From a virus (taxonomy: Duplodnaviria; Caudoviricetes): a stretch of DNA of 58,905 nt. Under the pieces are notes generated by a model. It did no database searches. It saw only the letters and a list, made by a program, of their open reading frames with translations, and was not told the origin of the DNA. A program made the position numbers and the translations under genes. Positions 27,166 to 37,126 of this stretch are shown here, in pieces; position 1 is the first letter of the stretch; the number at the start of each line of letters is the position of its first letter. The stretch is taken from IMG/VR virus record IMGVR_UViG_3300045996_001882, positions 1-58,905 of that record. One strand, written 5' to 3'.

Positions 27166-27599
27166 AGAAATCCTCGTTTCCTCATGAATTTTTGTGTTTG
27201 GGCCCACGTCACAATCGTGCGTGGTACAAGAGGCATCTGCCCTCTTCGATGTTTCCACACCAGCGAGAGAATCCCATAGACCTCCTGATAAGTCCAGTTG
27301 TTCTCAGCCATCATCCACAGAGACCAATTGATCAGCTCGTATTGGTACTCCGTGTACATCATCTCTACGATGTAGTGATCTCGCTTGTCTTTGAGTCGCT
27401 TGATCCGCTGAGTTCTCGGTTTCAAGTGACCCGAAACAGTCAAGCTCATCTCGTACCAGAGCCCAGTTTGCTTGTCGTACAGCCGGACGTACTTGGGCTC
27501 AGGCCGGCCAGTCACCCGAGAGAACTCTTCCTGCGTGACGTACTGCCGCTTGGGGTTGTCACGCCACCAGATCAGGCCTTCTTCGTCAGATTTCGGCAT
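27156..27599 (-). CDS. Hypothetical protein (147 aa)
   Basis: Aromatic-rich ORF tiling operon. Confidence 0.55.
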   Translation of the reverse strand: MPKSDEEGLIWWRDNPKRQYVTQEEFSRVTGRPEPKYVRLYDKQTGLWYEMSLTVSGHLKPRTQRIKRLKDKRDHYIVEMMYTEYQYELINWSLWMMAENNWTYQEVYGILSLVWKHRRGQMPLVPRTIVTWAQTQKFMRKRGFLWP

Positions 27600-29763
27600 C
27601 GTCGAGACGAGCCTGAACCAGGGCCATCTTGCGGTGCACGAGCTGCAGCTCCGAGATCGGCTTCAGAGTCTCCACAGCCTGAAGCTGCTCGAACATCGGC
27701 AGGTCACGCTCACGCAGAGTGCGACGACGCTTGAGCCAGCTGTGCCGCGAACGCTGCTCGGTCTGTGTGGGCAGGCCGTACCACGTCAGCTCGAGGAGGG
27801 GTGTCCCGTTCTCGTCCAGGGGAACGCACTTGCGGTCGTCACGAACCCACCACAGAATGTCGTCGGAGTCCGTGTACATCTCGCGGCCCTGCAGTTCGCG
27901 CACCGTGTTGAGCAAGCTCTCTGTGATCGCGTCCACGATTCCTCCTTCTGCTCGTCGGGAGTACAAGCACAAAGTATCTCACCAGGAACCGGACCGACAA
28001 ATGCAAGGAGAGTACCCACACCAACACCAGTGCCCCGGTGAGCGTCATTTCTTCTACCCCCTGACCTTAGAGGCCATCTCAGCGACTACAGAGCACGTCA
28101 CGCACGCACGTCGCATGTGACGGTCAATCACGATGCTCTTCGAGCGCGTCAGCGGGTCCGTGAGGAGTGCTGCGTGATAATCACGCACGATCGATGCACG
28201 CAATGCGTGCAGAACACCAGCGAGCGCAGGGGCGGTAGACAACACCAAGCCCACACCGAGCTCGAGCATCAGGGATGACGTGAAGGCGAAGCCCAGCATC
28301 ACGTCACCAGCCCAGAAATGATGCCCCACATGATGGCGAGGCCCGGCGAGGTGAGGCCCAGGACAACTCCGGCGAGAGCGGACAGGACGAGTGCAGAAGC
28401 GATACGACGTGTGGTCATGCCGCGTACTGTACGGTCCTGCCCGCTCAGCCGTCAAACTGTCGCTCTAGGTCTGAGGAGGCACTGGCTTCTTGATCTTGTT
28501 GAGGCTCCTCGACAGCATCTCCGCCACGTCAGCGGGTGTGGGCGCTCGACCCGTCACAGGATCGCCGTATTCCCGGACCATCGCGTCGTAGATCGGGGTC
28601 ACCTCGAAGTCATCCACGATCGTGCCCGAGATCACATGATGTTCGCTCACAACCCGCCTCCTTGGCTCTTGCCGACCTGGTACCCGATGAAGATTCCGAT
28701 CCCAAGCAGGACCGCGCCGAACACGACCCCGAACATGAGCGCACCGAAGCTGAGATCCATCACTTGGATGCCCCACCGTTGGTGATCTGACTCGTGCAGT
28801 TCGTACACGCCACACGCATGTCCGTCAAGTCGAGCGTACCCACTTCGCGCACGTACGAGATCACATCGCCTTCGTGAATGCGGTGCTCGTCATTCAGGGC
28901 ACAAGGCCCGTTGAACTTCGCATCCCACGACGTGATCTTCTCGAACTCCTCGAACTTCACCTCACCGCCGGCGTCGATGTTGCGATGCCATTTGCAGGCA
29001 CACTCACGCGGCCACAACTCGGTGAGGAGGCAACGACCGTCCTCGTCGACTAATGCCACGGGATCACCAACCCCCACCCTCACCGCGGCCCAGCACGTAC
29101 TTGAACACGCCCCACGCCTTCTTGGCCTTGCCCTGACGCGGCGTCTTCGTGTAGTTCCCCTTCTTCATCAGGCCCATCTCGCGAGCCTCCTTCGGAGACA
29201 CGAAGATGTATTCCTGCGGCTTGTCCTTACCCACACCAACACCTGGCCTTTCGTTAGCGCGTCATCATCTCATCATCAGTGCACAACGACACTATCAGAT
29301 TTCTCTTGTGCCGGCACAGTCGCGCTGAGAGACGACGTAACGCCTCCACCGACGTGTTGAGGTGCAGGAACCCGATCGTCGCTCGTACGGCGCTTCTGAG
29401 CAGCTACAGCGTACCCGACGAGGATGAACGACGCGTGTACTCCTGCAGCACCGAACAGACCGTACTTCTGAAGCAACTTCGTGCTCGGCATTCCTGAGCC
29501 GAGGATCATCCACAACGCGGGGACTGAGAACTCCTTTGCTATCTTGAGGATCTTGTGCGACGTGTTGAGCAAGCTCACGAGCCGTCCTCGGTATTGTAGT
29601 CAATTCGGGGAATGAATGCCACTCCGTCCCACACCCGCGCGAGTCGGTGGATGCGACACGTCAGGCGAGCGCCTACGTGAATCATCGGCCGAGCGAACGG
29701 CTGCAGGACGAAACGGCAGCGACAGCCTTCGGGAATCGGCGTCGCCGGCGGAACGGGCACAGT
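27586..29763 (-). CDS. Run of small hypothetical genes (approx. 27586-27936, 28054-28320, 28465-28641, 28760-29083 Cys-rich, 29276-29578, 29575-29763)
   Basis: Minus-strand tiling ORFs; starts uncertain. Confidence 0.4.
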
Positions 29764-29765
29764 GA

Positions 29766-30233
29766 TTACCTCCAGGCCGCGAGCATGTCGGCGTACGACT
29801 GCCCCTGATGGGTCACGATCTCGTGAGGTGTGGCCTTCGTCGGTCCCGTGATCTTGCCGGGGTCGGGCACGACCAGCCCGCGATGCACGCACTGGATCAC
29901 CAACGCGACACGGTTCTCGACGTTCCAGGCGCGGTAGATCCGCTGGAGGTACGTCTTGATGGTGTCCTCCGTCATGAACAGCTGGCGCCCGATCTGACCG
30001 TTCGTCAGACCCTGGCACACGAGCGCAGCGATCTCGGCCTCGCGCTTGTTCAGGAACAGCCGCTGCGCGCGCCAGTCGGGCTTCTCCTTCGAGTACCGCT
30101 TCGACATCACCCGCTCCTGCTGAAGGGGCGTCATCGGTTGATCCTGAACCTGCACCAGTTCAGCCTTGCTCCCCACACCCATCTCGTGCTCCTCGGCTCC
30201 GGCGTTGCTCGGGTTCGGCTCCGGCGTCGACAT
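29766..30233 (-). CDS. LuxR/GerE-family helix-turn-helix regulator (155 aa)
   Basis: LNKREAEIAALVCQGLTNGQIGRQLFMTEDTIKTYLQRIYRAWNVENRVALV. Confidence 0.9.
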   Translation of the reverse strand: MSTPEPNPSNAGAEEHEMGVGSKAELVQVQDQPMTPLQQERVMSKRYSKEKPDWRAQRLFLNKREAEIAALVCQGLTNGQIGRQLFMTEDTIKTYLQRIYRAWNVENRVALVIQCVHRGLVVPDPGKITGPTKATPHEIVTHQGQSYADMLAAWR

Positions 30234-30344
30234 TCAGTCCTCCACTCTCACGTCACGGTCAGAGTCAGTAGTTGCCGGCGATGATCAGCAGCGTTCCCAT
30301 GACGTACAGAACTACGATGATCACACAAGCCCAGAAAATAGCCC

Positions 30345-32383
30345 TCACCTGATCAAGCCTCCCTCGTTCTCCCACGAATCGATACCCGACGAAATGCGCA
30401 CGCGATCGATCGATGCGTTCACCATGTCACGAAACGTCGAGCCCGGCACCCCGTACATGAAGCCGAAGACCTCCCGCTTGAGCGCACGGCGTTCGGGGCC
30501 GTTGGGCATCGTGCGGAGCGCGTCGATCGCTTCACCCACAGCTGCCGGCACACGCGTCTGGTAGTTCGAGTACTGAGCCCGACGCTGATCGGCCAACTTC
30601 TTGACGTCATCCCAGGGATTGACGAGAGTTCCGTCCTCGGCCAGCCGCATGGCGACCTTGATCTCGCTCGGAACGTAGGCCGCGTCGATGAAGACCCGAT
30701 CCCCACCATCGGAAAACCCGAGTCCGAGTTCGTCGTTCAGGTTGTGCTTGCCCACAGTTCCTCCGGTCACCTTTCTTTGGCACGCAACAGGTTCAGGTAC
30801 ATTCGGGCACGTTCACGCCCGGTGTCAGTGTCAGGGTATCGGATCACCGGACCAACTCCAATACCGTTCGGGTCGACCTCGTTGCCGTGACGCAACCGGA
30901 TCTTCGAAGCATCACCGGCCCCCGTAGGCCACGTGATGATCTCCACACACCCGCGTGAAGCTATGAGCACGAGACGATAGCTTTGCATCTCACTTCTTTC
31001 GCTTTCCGAAGAGCACGAATCGCAAGATGATGATCCCCGCCAACACGAGCAGAAGCAAATCGGTCGAGAACCCGAACAGGTTGGGAAGATCCGTGAAGTC
31101 GATGTCCTCGAGCCAGCCCAAGTCGATCTCGGGCAGCTCGAGGTCACCGAACAACACGTCTTCTTCAGTATCGATGACAGTCACAGTCGTCATGTCCTGG
31201 ACAGTACATCACTGTCAGTCCTTCTCCGCACGAGACACGGCTTCACTGACAAGAGCAGCCTTCTCGTTGATCAGCTGATCTATACGCAGCGTCAGATCCC
31301 TGATCAACTGACGAATCCCTGCAGCCAGAGATTCCTCCTTCTTCAGGTCCTCGTTCCACCACATCAGGGCCTGCCAGGCGTCGACGATCTCCTGACGATG
31401 AACCCCCGTGAAGTGCGCATCCACGCGCTCGATCAAGGCCGGCCCGACACTCCCAGCGTTCTTCCACACCGGCGTGATCCGGATGATCTCGTCGAGATTG
31501 AGGACGTCGATCAAGCTCTCGTTGATCAGGTACCCGCTCTCGTAGGCGGGCTTGTCGTACAGGTACACCATGAACTCGCCCTCAGGCTTGAGCCAGCTCG
31601 TGGCCTCGATCGGCTCGGTGCTTCCCTTCAGGAACACCTTCCAGCCCTTGAGCTTCTTGTCACCGAACTTCTCGTCGCCATTCATCGGGTTGTGCTCGCC
31701 GACCTTCCCGGAATCAGGTGAACGGACGTCAATGGAGCCGGCATCATGCTCACACGAACGAGGCACTCCTGTCGACTCGAACTACCGAATGACCCCACAC
31801 CCGAACACCGCATGTCCTCGACGGTCGTTCCGGGCACCCGCACGCGTTCGGTACCACCCTCACCACCCGCCGTCGACGCGAACACCGCACCGATCATGGC
31901 GCACGCAGTCAAACCAGCGCCGATCATAGCTCCCATGATGCGACGACGCGCACTCATGCGTTTCACAGGCACAATTGCAACCTCCTAGCAGACACGTACA
32001 CGGCTTCAAACCGGCATCACATCGAATCACGCACGAGGCGTGTCAAGCATCGCTCACAGGCGTTCTGAGCGCGTCGCCCGTCACGAGATCGCTCAGAGGC
32101 ACCGCCGGCAAGTCCAACTCTCGGCGGATGTCCTGAACCTCAACGGCGGCCTTGACGCGGGCCAAGTACAGGGCGTGCCACGAGAGAAGAGTCATCACGC
32201 GGCCGATCAGCGCCAGTCGCGGCGGTGCGAGGCCTTGAGCCAGATCCACCACTTCTCGAGCACGGCCCAGCCGGACCAGGCGTCGATCTTGCCCCAGATG
32301 TTGGACAAGAAGACCATCGCCGAATCCCAGGCGGAGAACAGCGCGGAGAACAGAACAGCGAAGTTGCGAAGGAAAGTTTTCAT
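30345..32383 (-). CDS. Run of small hypothetical genes (30345-30770, 30767-30988, 30990-31193 TM, 31215-31685, 31682-31972 signal peptide, 32043-32195, 32207-32383 Trp-rich)
   Basis: Tiling ORFs with RBS-like purine runs; no family recognised. Confidence 0.45.
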
Positions 32384-32387
32384 GCTC

Positions 32388-33185
32388 TCAGTTTACCTCC
32401 GACATCGGACCTCCGCAACGAGCGCAGTAGATCCACTCACTTTCCCCGATCTTTCCGCATCGCCCTGCGCACTTGCGGACGGGCTCAGTCTTGGCCTCGT
32501 CGCCGTCGAGGAACGCAGCAAGTTGGCGGGCTATCACTCGCAATTTCTTGTCAGTTTTTCGGCGCAGCGCAACAGCGTTTGCATCTCGAACAAAACCAGC
32601 CCCACCATTTTTTTTGCCTGATGCAGCCAACCGTAGGCCAGAATCGAGCGACCCGTAAGAGCTTTTTCCCTTCCCCGTCGCCCTGCCCTGTTCGTCTGAA
32701 GCTCCACGACCAGAGCCCAAATTCGTCTCCCCGAAGCACCGATCGATCAGAGCTTCATACCGAAAGACGAAGTCCCCCGGCAAGAACCGCAGAATGAGCC
32801 CGATCTCCGCATCATCCAACGACACCCGGCGAAGAGACCGACCCCCGCCACGACGGCCCGATCCCACACCCCCGTCCAGCACCGGGTGCGGCTTGTACCC
32901 GTCTGGCAGAGAGAGACTACGAGAGTCAGAGCTACCAGAATCAGAACCAGGGATCGTCACAGGCCGATACCCGTGATCCGGACATCCCACACCTGGCCTG
33001 TACAGCTTCTTGCACCGACCCTTGCCGTGAGCGCCCGTCGATTCCGAACAGACGATCGGCACAATCGAGTCCATGAGCTGCAACAACTTCTTCTGCTCAT
33101 CCTCGGGCAACTTCTTCCACCAATCACCCGAACCAACACCGCCGCTGCTGCTGCCGCCGCTCGAACCGCCGCTCATTTCCGTCAC
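32388..33185 (-). CDS. Zinc-binding protein, two Cys clusters, Gly/Ser-rich linkers (265 aa)
   Basis: C-x10-C-x9-CPDH near N-terminus; C-terminal CAGRC...CARCG; first gene of leftward arm. Confidence 0.6.
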   Translation of the reverse strand: MTEMSGGSSGGSSSGGVGSGDWWKKLPEDEQKKLLQLMDSIVPIVCSESTGAHGKGRCKKLYRPGVGCPDHGYRPVTIPGSDSGSSDSRSLSLPDGYKPHPVLDGGVGSGRRGGGRSLRRVSLDDAEIGLILRFLPGDFVFRYEALIDRCFGETNLGSGRGASDEQGRATGKGKSSYGSLDSGLRLAASGKKNGGAGFVRDANAVALRRKTDKKLRVIARQLAAFLDGDEAKTEPVRKCAGRCGKIGESEWIYCARCGGPMSEVN

Positions 33186-33289
33186 GCCGAGAATCTATCA
33201 TCTCCACACCCGTCCCACCAAAAACCAAACCAAAAGCCCGATGAATCAACTCACCGGCATGATGTTCTGGCGGCGTATCTGTTCTTTTT

Positions 33290-33530
33290 CTTCGCGCCAC
33301 ATACGTCGCGCATGTGTATGTATTGCGTGTTTATAAACACGCTAATACATGAATACGCATTGACGTAGGCGTATAAAAGTACACCGATACATACCCCCAT
33401 CAGATTAAAGAGTTCTAATGGGTACAAGAAATACACCAGCATGATCAAAAAATACATACCCCCTCAGATCGAGTTGGTGTATGTATTTCTGACGGTGTAT
33501 CATACGTATCCAATACACCATCAGGTCAGG
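33290..33530. promoter_or_regulatory. AT-rich divergent intergenic region, putative replication origin with palindrome and iteron-like repeats
   Basis: Perfect 18-bp palindrome GCGTGTTTATAAACACGC (33325-33342); ATACATACCCCC(A)TCAGA at 33387 and 33452; directly upstream of primase-helicase. Confidence 0.55.
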
Positions 33531-33543
33531 GGATTGACAGAAT

Positions 33544-35856
33544 ATGGAAGACAGGTTCGACCAGGATCAGGCCGCAATATTCCTTCACAGGTTGTTCGGC
33601 GATCGTAAAGGGTACATCTCGCTGGTCTTCGGTCACAACCCGAGGATGCAGAAGCCGAGGTTCGCGCCCGATGACTTTCGGCCGGCATTCTACCTTTGGC
33701 CTGAACAGTCAGACGACTTGTTCGAGGCAGTGGACGACTCGCTCAATCACCCGGACATGCGCGGCGACAACGTCGAGGTGTTCATCTGCCCGAGCCTGAG
33801 GAAGATCCCGTCGCGGAGCAGGGGCACGCACGCGCCGCTCATGTGGGTGTGGGCAGATCTCGACGTTGACCCGACACAGGATCAGATCGATCGCATGAAC
33901 CGGCTCGGCGCTATGACGGTGCTGTCAGGATCAGAAGGTCACAGGCACGTCTACATTCCTCTGGACAGGGCTGTCAAGGCGGTCGACCACAAGGCGCTGT
34001 GTCTTTCGCTGAAGGACGCTATCAAGGCCAAGGACTCGAAGATCGCAGAGAATGACTTGCTGCGGCTTCCCGGCACCTTGAACTGGAAGAGCCTCGAGCC
34101 CAAGCAGGTGTTCCTGAAGTCGATCGGTCGCAAGCCGAAAGACCCCAAGGAACTGATTCGCCTGCTCAACATGATGCACGGCAATCCTTGGTCTCACTAC
34201 AAGGAATACGCCGAGGCAACGACACCCAAGCAGCTCGAAGACGTGCGAGACGTCCCGCGGCCGAAGCTCACGGGCGACAGTCTCAAGGCGTACAGGTACT
34301 CGCCCGATTCGGACGGGCAGCGTCACGACGCGATCTACAAGCTCGTCAAGACGATGAAGGAACAAGGATACACGCGTGATCAGACCCACGCGACGCTCCA
34401 CACGTACCCGCCGGCGTTGAGCAAGTTCAAGACGCCGTGGGCTATCTCGAACGACGTCGACAGGATCTGGCAGAAGTCCAAGCTGTCATCACCTCTGAGT
34501 GCTGACAAGAAGACGGCAGCACCGGCAGCAGCGGACATCTCTGAGGAAGACGACGGCTCAGAGCAGCCTGAGCTCGAGTTTCACGTGTGGGGCGACGTCG
34601 TCAAGCGTGTGGACGAGGCACCGCCCCCGCAGTACTTGTTCCAAGGAATTTGGGTCGAGGGCGATTACGGCGTTGTGTCAGCGCCTGACAAGTCGGGCAA
34701 GTCGTGGACCATGGCAGATGCAGCGATATCGTGTGCGAGCGGTACGCCGTGGATGAATCGATGGGAAACGCCCCTCGGGCCGTCGCCTGTCGTGATCTGC
34801 TTCGGCGAAGGATCTGAGCGCAAGCAGATTCGACGCGCACGCGCTATCGCCCGTCACAAGGGAATCTCAGACGAAGACTTCCGTGCGCTGCCGATTCACC
34901 CGATGTTCTCTGTTCCTCAGATCAGCGACGATCAGCACCTCACAGAACTCGAGGCGAAGATCCGCACAGTGCGGCCCGCGCTCGTGATCATCGACCCGTT
35001 CTATCTCGCGGCGTCGGGCGCTGACTCGTCAAACCTGATCCAGATGGGAACGATGCTGCGTCGCATTCAGCTCGTGTGTCAGCGACACGGGGCTGCCCTG
35101 ATGATCAGTCATCACTTCAACAAGTCGTCATCAGCGGGCGGTAACGGCGACGTGCACTCGCGCTCGAGCGGTGTGGGACCGACAGCATGGGGTCGAGTTC
35201 TCGTCGCTATCGAGATCGAGCGGAACTACACTGACCCGATCACCAAGCGATCACAGGTGACCTTGAAATGGGATGTCAAGGGCGATGAGATCGCCAACGA
35301 GCAATTCCACGTTCAACGCGACGTGTGGGAGACTACACCCGGTGATCTGTCGAGCGACATGAACTACTCCCTGCAGTTCCAGGATCAGGAGGCTGTCGCT
35401 CAGGCTAAGCCCCTCGTGAACGCGCCGTCGATGCAGCGAGTCTCACAGATCTTGGAAGATCACAAGGCGGGATACGGCATTCGCGCGATCATGCGTGTGG
35501 CCAAGGAATCGGGAAAGGCAATCAGTCAGAAGACTGTTGAGAACTGCCTCGACCAGTTGATGTTGCACGGGTTCGTGCAAGAGGGGCCGAAGGTCGGGCT
35601 GACCAAACCTTACTTGTCGGTGAACCCATTCAGAGCCGACATGCTCAATGGCGACATGACATTGCAAGTGGCAAGCCACAATGGTGTACGCAAGCCATAC
35701 CGGCCACCATCATCAGCCACATCTACCACGCCCACACGTCGAGTGAACAACCTGAAGCCACGCATCACGAATCGTGCACCGCGTACGTCAGCCACACCGG
35801 CAGCCACTTTGATCCTCGACTTCTCACAAGTTTCGCGACCGCGACGACGTTACTAG
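33544..35856 (+). CDS. Primase-helicase (RepB-like primase domain plus RecA-like AAA_25 helicase, 770 aa)
   Basis: WVWADLD, SGSEGHRHVY, LLRLPGTLNWK; Walker A APDKSGKS; Walker B VIIDP; ISHHFNK. Confidence 0.88.
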   Translation: MEDRFDQDQAAIFLHRLFGDRKGYISLVFGHNPRMQKPRFAPDDFRPAFYLWPEQSDDLFEAVDDSLNHPDMRGDNVEVFICPSLRKIPSRSRGTHAPLMWVWADLDVDPTQDQIDRMNRLGAMTVLSGSEGHRHVYIPLDRAVKAVDHKALCLSLKDAIKAKDSKIAENDLLRLPGTLNWKSLEPKQVFLKSIGRKPKDPKELIRLLNMMHGNPWSHYKEYAEATTPKQLEDVRDVPRPKLTGDSLKAYRYSPDSDGQRHDAIYKLVKTMKEQGYTRDQTHATLHTYPPALSKFKTPWAISNDVDRIWQKSKLSSPLSADKKTAAPAAADISEEDDGSEQPELEFHVWGDVVKRVDEAPPPQYLFQGIWVEGDYGVVSAPDKSGKSWTMADAAISCASGTPWMNRWETPLGPSPVVICFGEGSERKQIRRARAIARHKGISDEDFRALPIHPMFSVPQISDDQHLTELEAKIRTVRPALVIIDPFYLAASGADSSNLIQMGTMLRRIQLVCQRHGAALMISHHFNKSSSAGGNGDVHSRSSGVGPTAWGRVLVAIEIERNYTDPITKRSQVTLKWDVKGDEIANEQFHVQRDVWETTPGDLSSDMNYSLQFQDQEAVAQAKPLVNAPSMQRVSQILEDHKAGYGIRAIMRVAKESGKAISQKTVENCLDQLMLHGFVQEGPKVGLTKPYLSVNPFRADMLNGDMTLQVASHNGVRKPYRPPSSATSTTPTRRVNNLKPRITNRAPRTSATPAATLILDFSQVSRPRRRY

Positions 35857-35865
35857 GATGTGCAC

Positions 35866-36351
35866 ATGAGCCTGAACCTGACCACACTGCCGACGATGAG
35901 AGACCTGCTCGCGGACGAGGTGTACGCCGAGTACTTCGAGAAGACGCCCAAGCTGACGAATCGAGGCGGGCAGCCCTGGCGCGTCCTGGCGAAGCGTCAC
36001 AACGCCGGGCCTGACAAGGTGCGCAAGCCGTACAAGTACGGCATGGCGGACTTCGAGCGGTACCGTGACGCCCGTGACAAGGTCGTGTCACTGCTGCTCG
36101 AACCGCGCAACATCGACGTGGCGCTGATCTCGAAGCGTCGACTGATGATGCCGCCCGTCGGGTTCGAATGGGACAGCGCGTGGCACTGGTGCACCAGGTG
36201 CCGTCGACCGAGCGAGTTCAGGCTCACGTGGTCACGACCGCCCGCTCTCAAGGACGCGCCGGCGATCACGTTCGATGAGCCGGTTCGATGCGTGTTCTGC
36301 GGTGTGCGTGCCTCGTTCGCCAAGCCGATCACTAAGCCGAGGATGTCATGA
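35866..36351 (+). CDS. Zinc-finger hypothetical protein (161 aa)
   Basis: WCTRCRRP...RCVFCG; TAGGAT-N6-ATG possible leaderless start. Confidence 0.6.
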   Translation: MSLNLTTLPTMRDLLADEVYAEYFEKTPKLTNRGGQPWRVLAKRHNAGPDKVRKPYKYGMADFERYRDARDKVVSLLLEPRNIDVALISKRRLMMPPVGFEWDSAWHWCTRCRRPSEFRLTWSRPPALKDAPAITFDEPVRCVFCGVRASFAKPITKPRMS

Positions 36352-37123
36352 TGAGCGACGAGGAAATCGATCGGACCACGACCATGATGCAGGATCAACT
36401 CCGGCACATGGACGCGCTCTACGAGATCGTGAATTCGAGCGACGAGGCGGAGGTAGTTCGTCTGGCTATCTCTGCGCTCACGGGCACGCCCAGCGGCCTC
36501 GCGTACCTGCAAGCACACCCGATCATTCTGTAGGAAGGACCCCCGTTCATGTCTGGAGCATCGACCCGCAAGGGTAACTTCGACGCGCGCAAAGCCCGTG
36601 AGATCCTGGCGCGTCGTCAGGCCAATCACCGCTGCGACCAGTCATTTCTCCAACGTGCTCCGCGCTTCGACATCGTGCTGATGGTCGAGGGCGAGGAGTA
36701 CAAGAAGCACGGCTACCACTGCCCCACGTGTGGAGCAAGGTGGTTGAAGATCTTCGTTCGTCGGTCGGGTACCCTGTACATCAACTGGGAGAAGCAGGAG
36801 GTCACACCGCTGTGAGTCCTAGCTGGAAAACCAACAAAGAGGGCCCAGCCCCGTTGAGGGACTACGACAGGCTCGGTGTCGCCGAGGTGACGGTGGTGAG
36901 ACTCACCGGCAATGCGCGCGCGTCGTTGCTCGCTTATCAGGGCACGATTACGAGCGCTGAGTGTCTCTGTAAGCCGGCTTTGGGCATGACCGCACGTGAT
37001 GCACGTGCACGAGCGTTCAAGGCGCACAAGCGTGCTTTCTGGGCCGGAGCGTGTGACTTCGCGCCATACGAGAACGTCAACGACCTCGACCGGCGACTGC
37101 TCACGCGAGAGGAAGAGGAATAG
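36348..37123 (+). CDS. Three small hypothetical genes (36348-36533, 36549-36815 Zn ribbon, 36812-37123)
   Basis: Tiling ORFs with overlaps and AGGA RBS. Confidence 0.5.
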
Positions 37124-37126
37124 CCG

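Noticed and set aside
32020-32047. TTGACA on minus strand as an additional promoter
   Set aside because: No TAnnnT at 16-19 nt spacing; left uncalled
33251-33457. 68-aa hydrophobic ORF in the AT-rich region
   Set aside because: Composition follows from the AT-rich repeats; no RBS; codon usage unlike the genome
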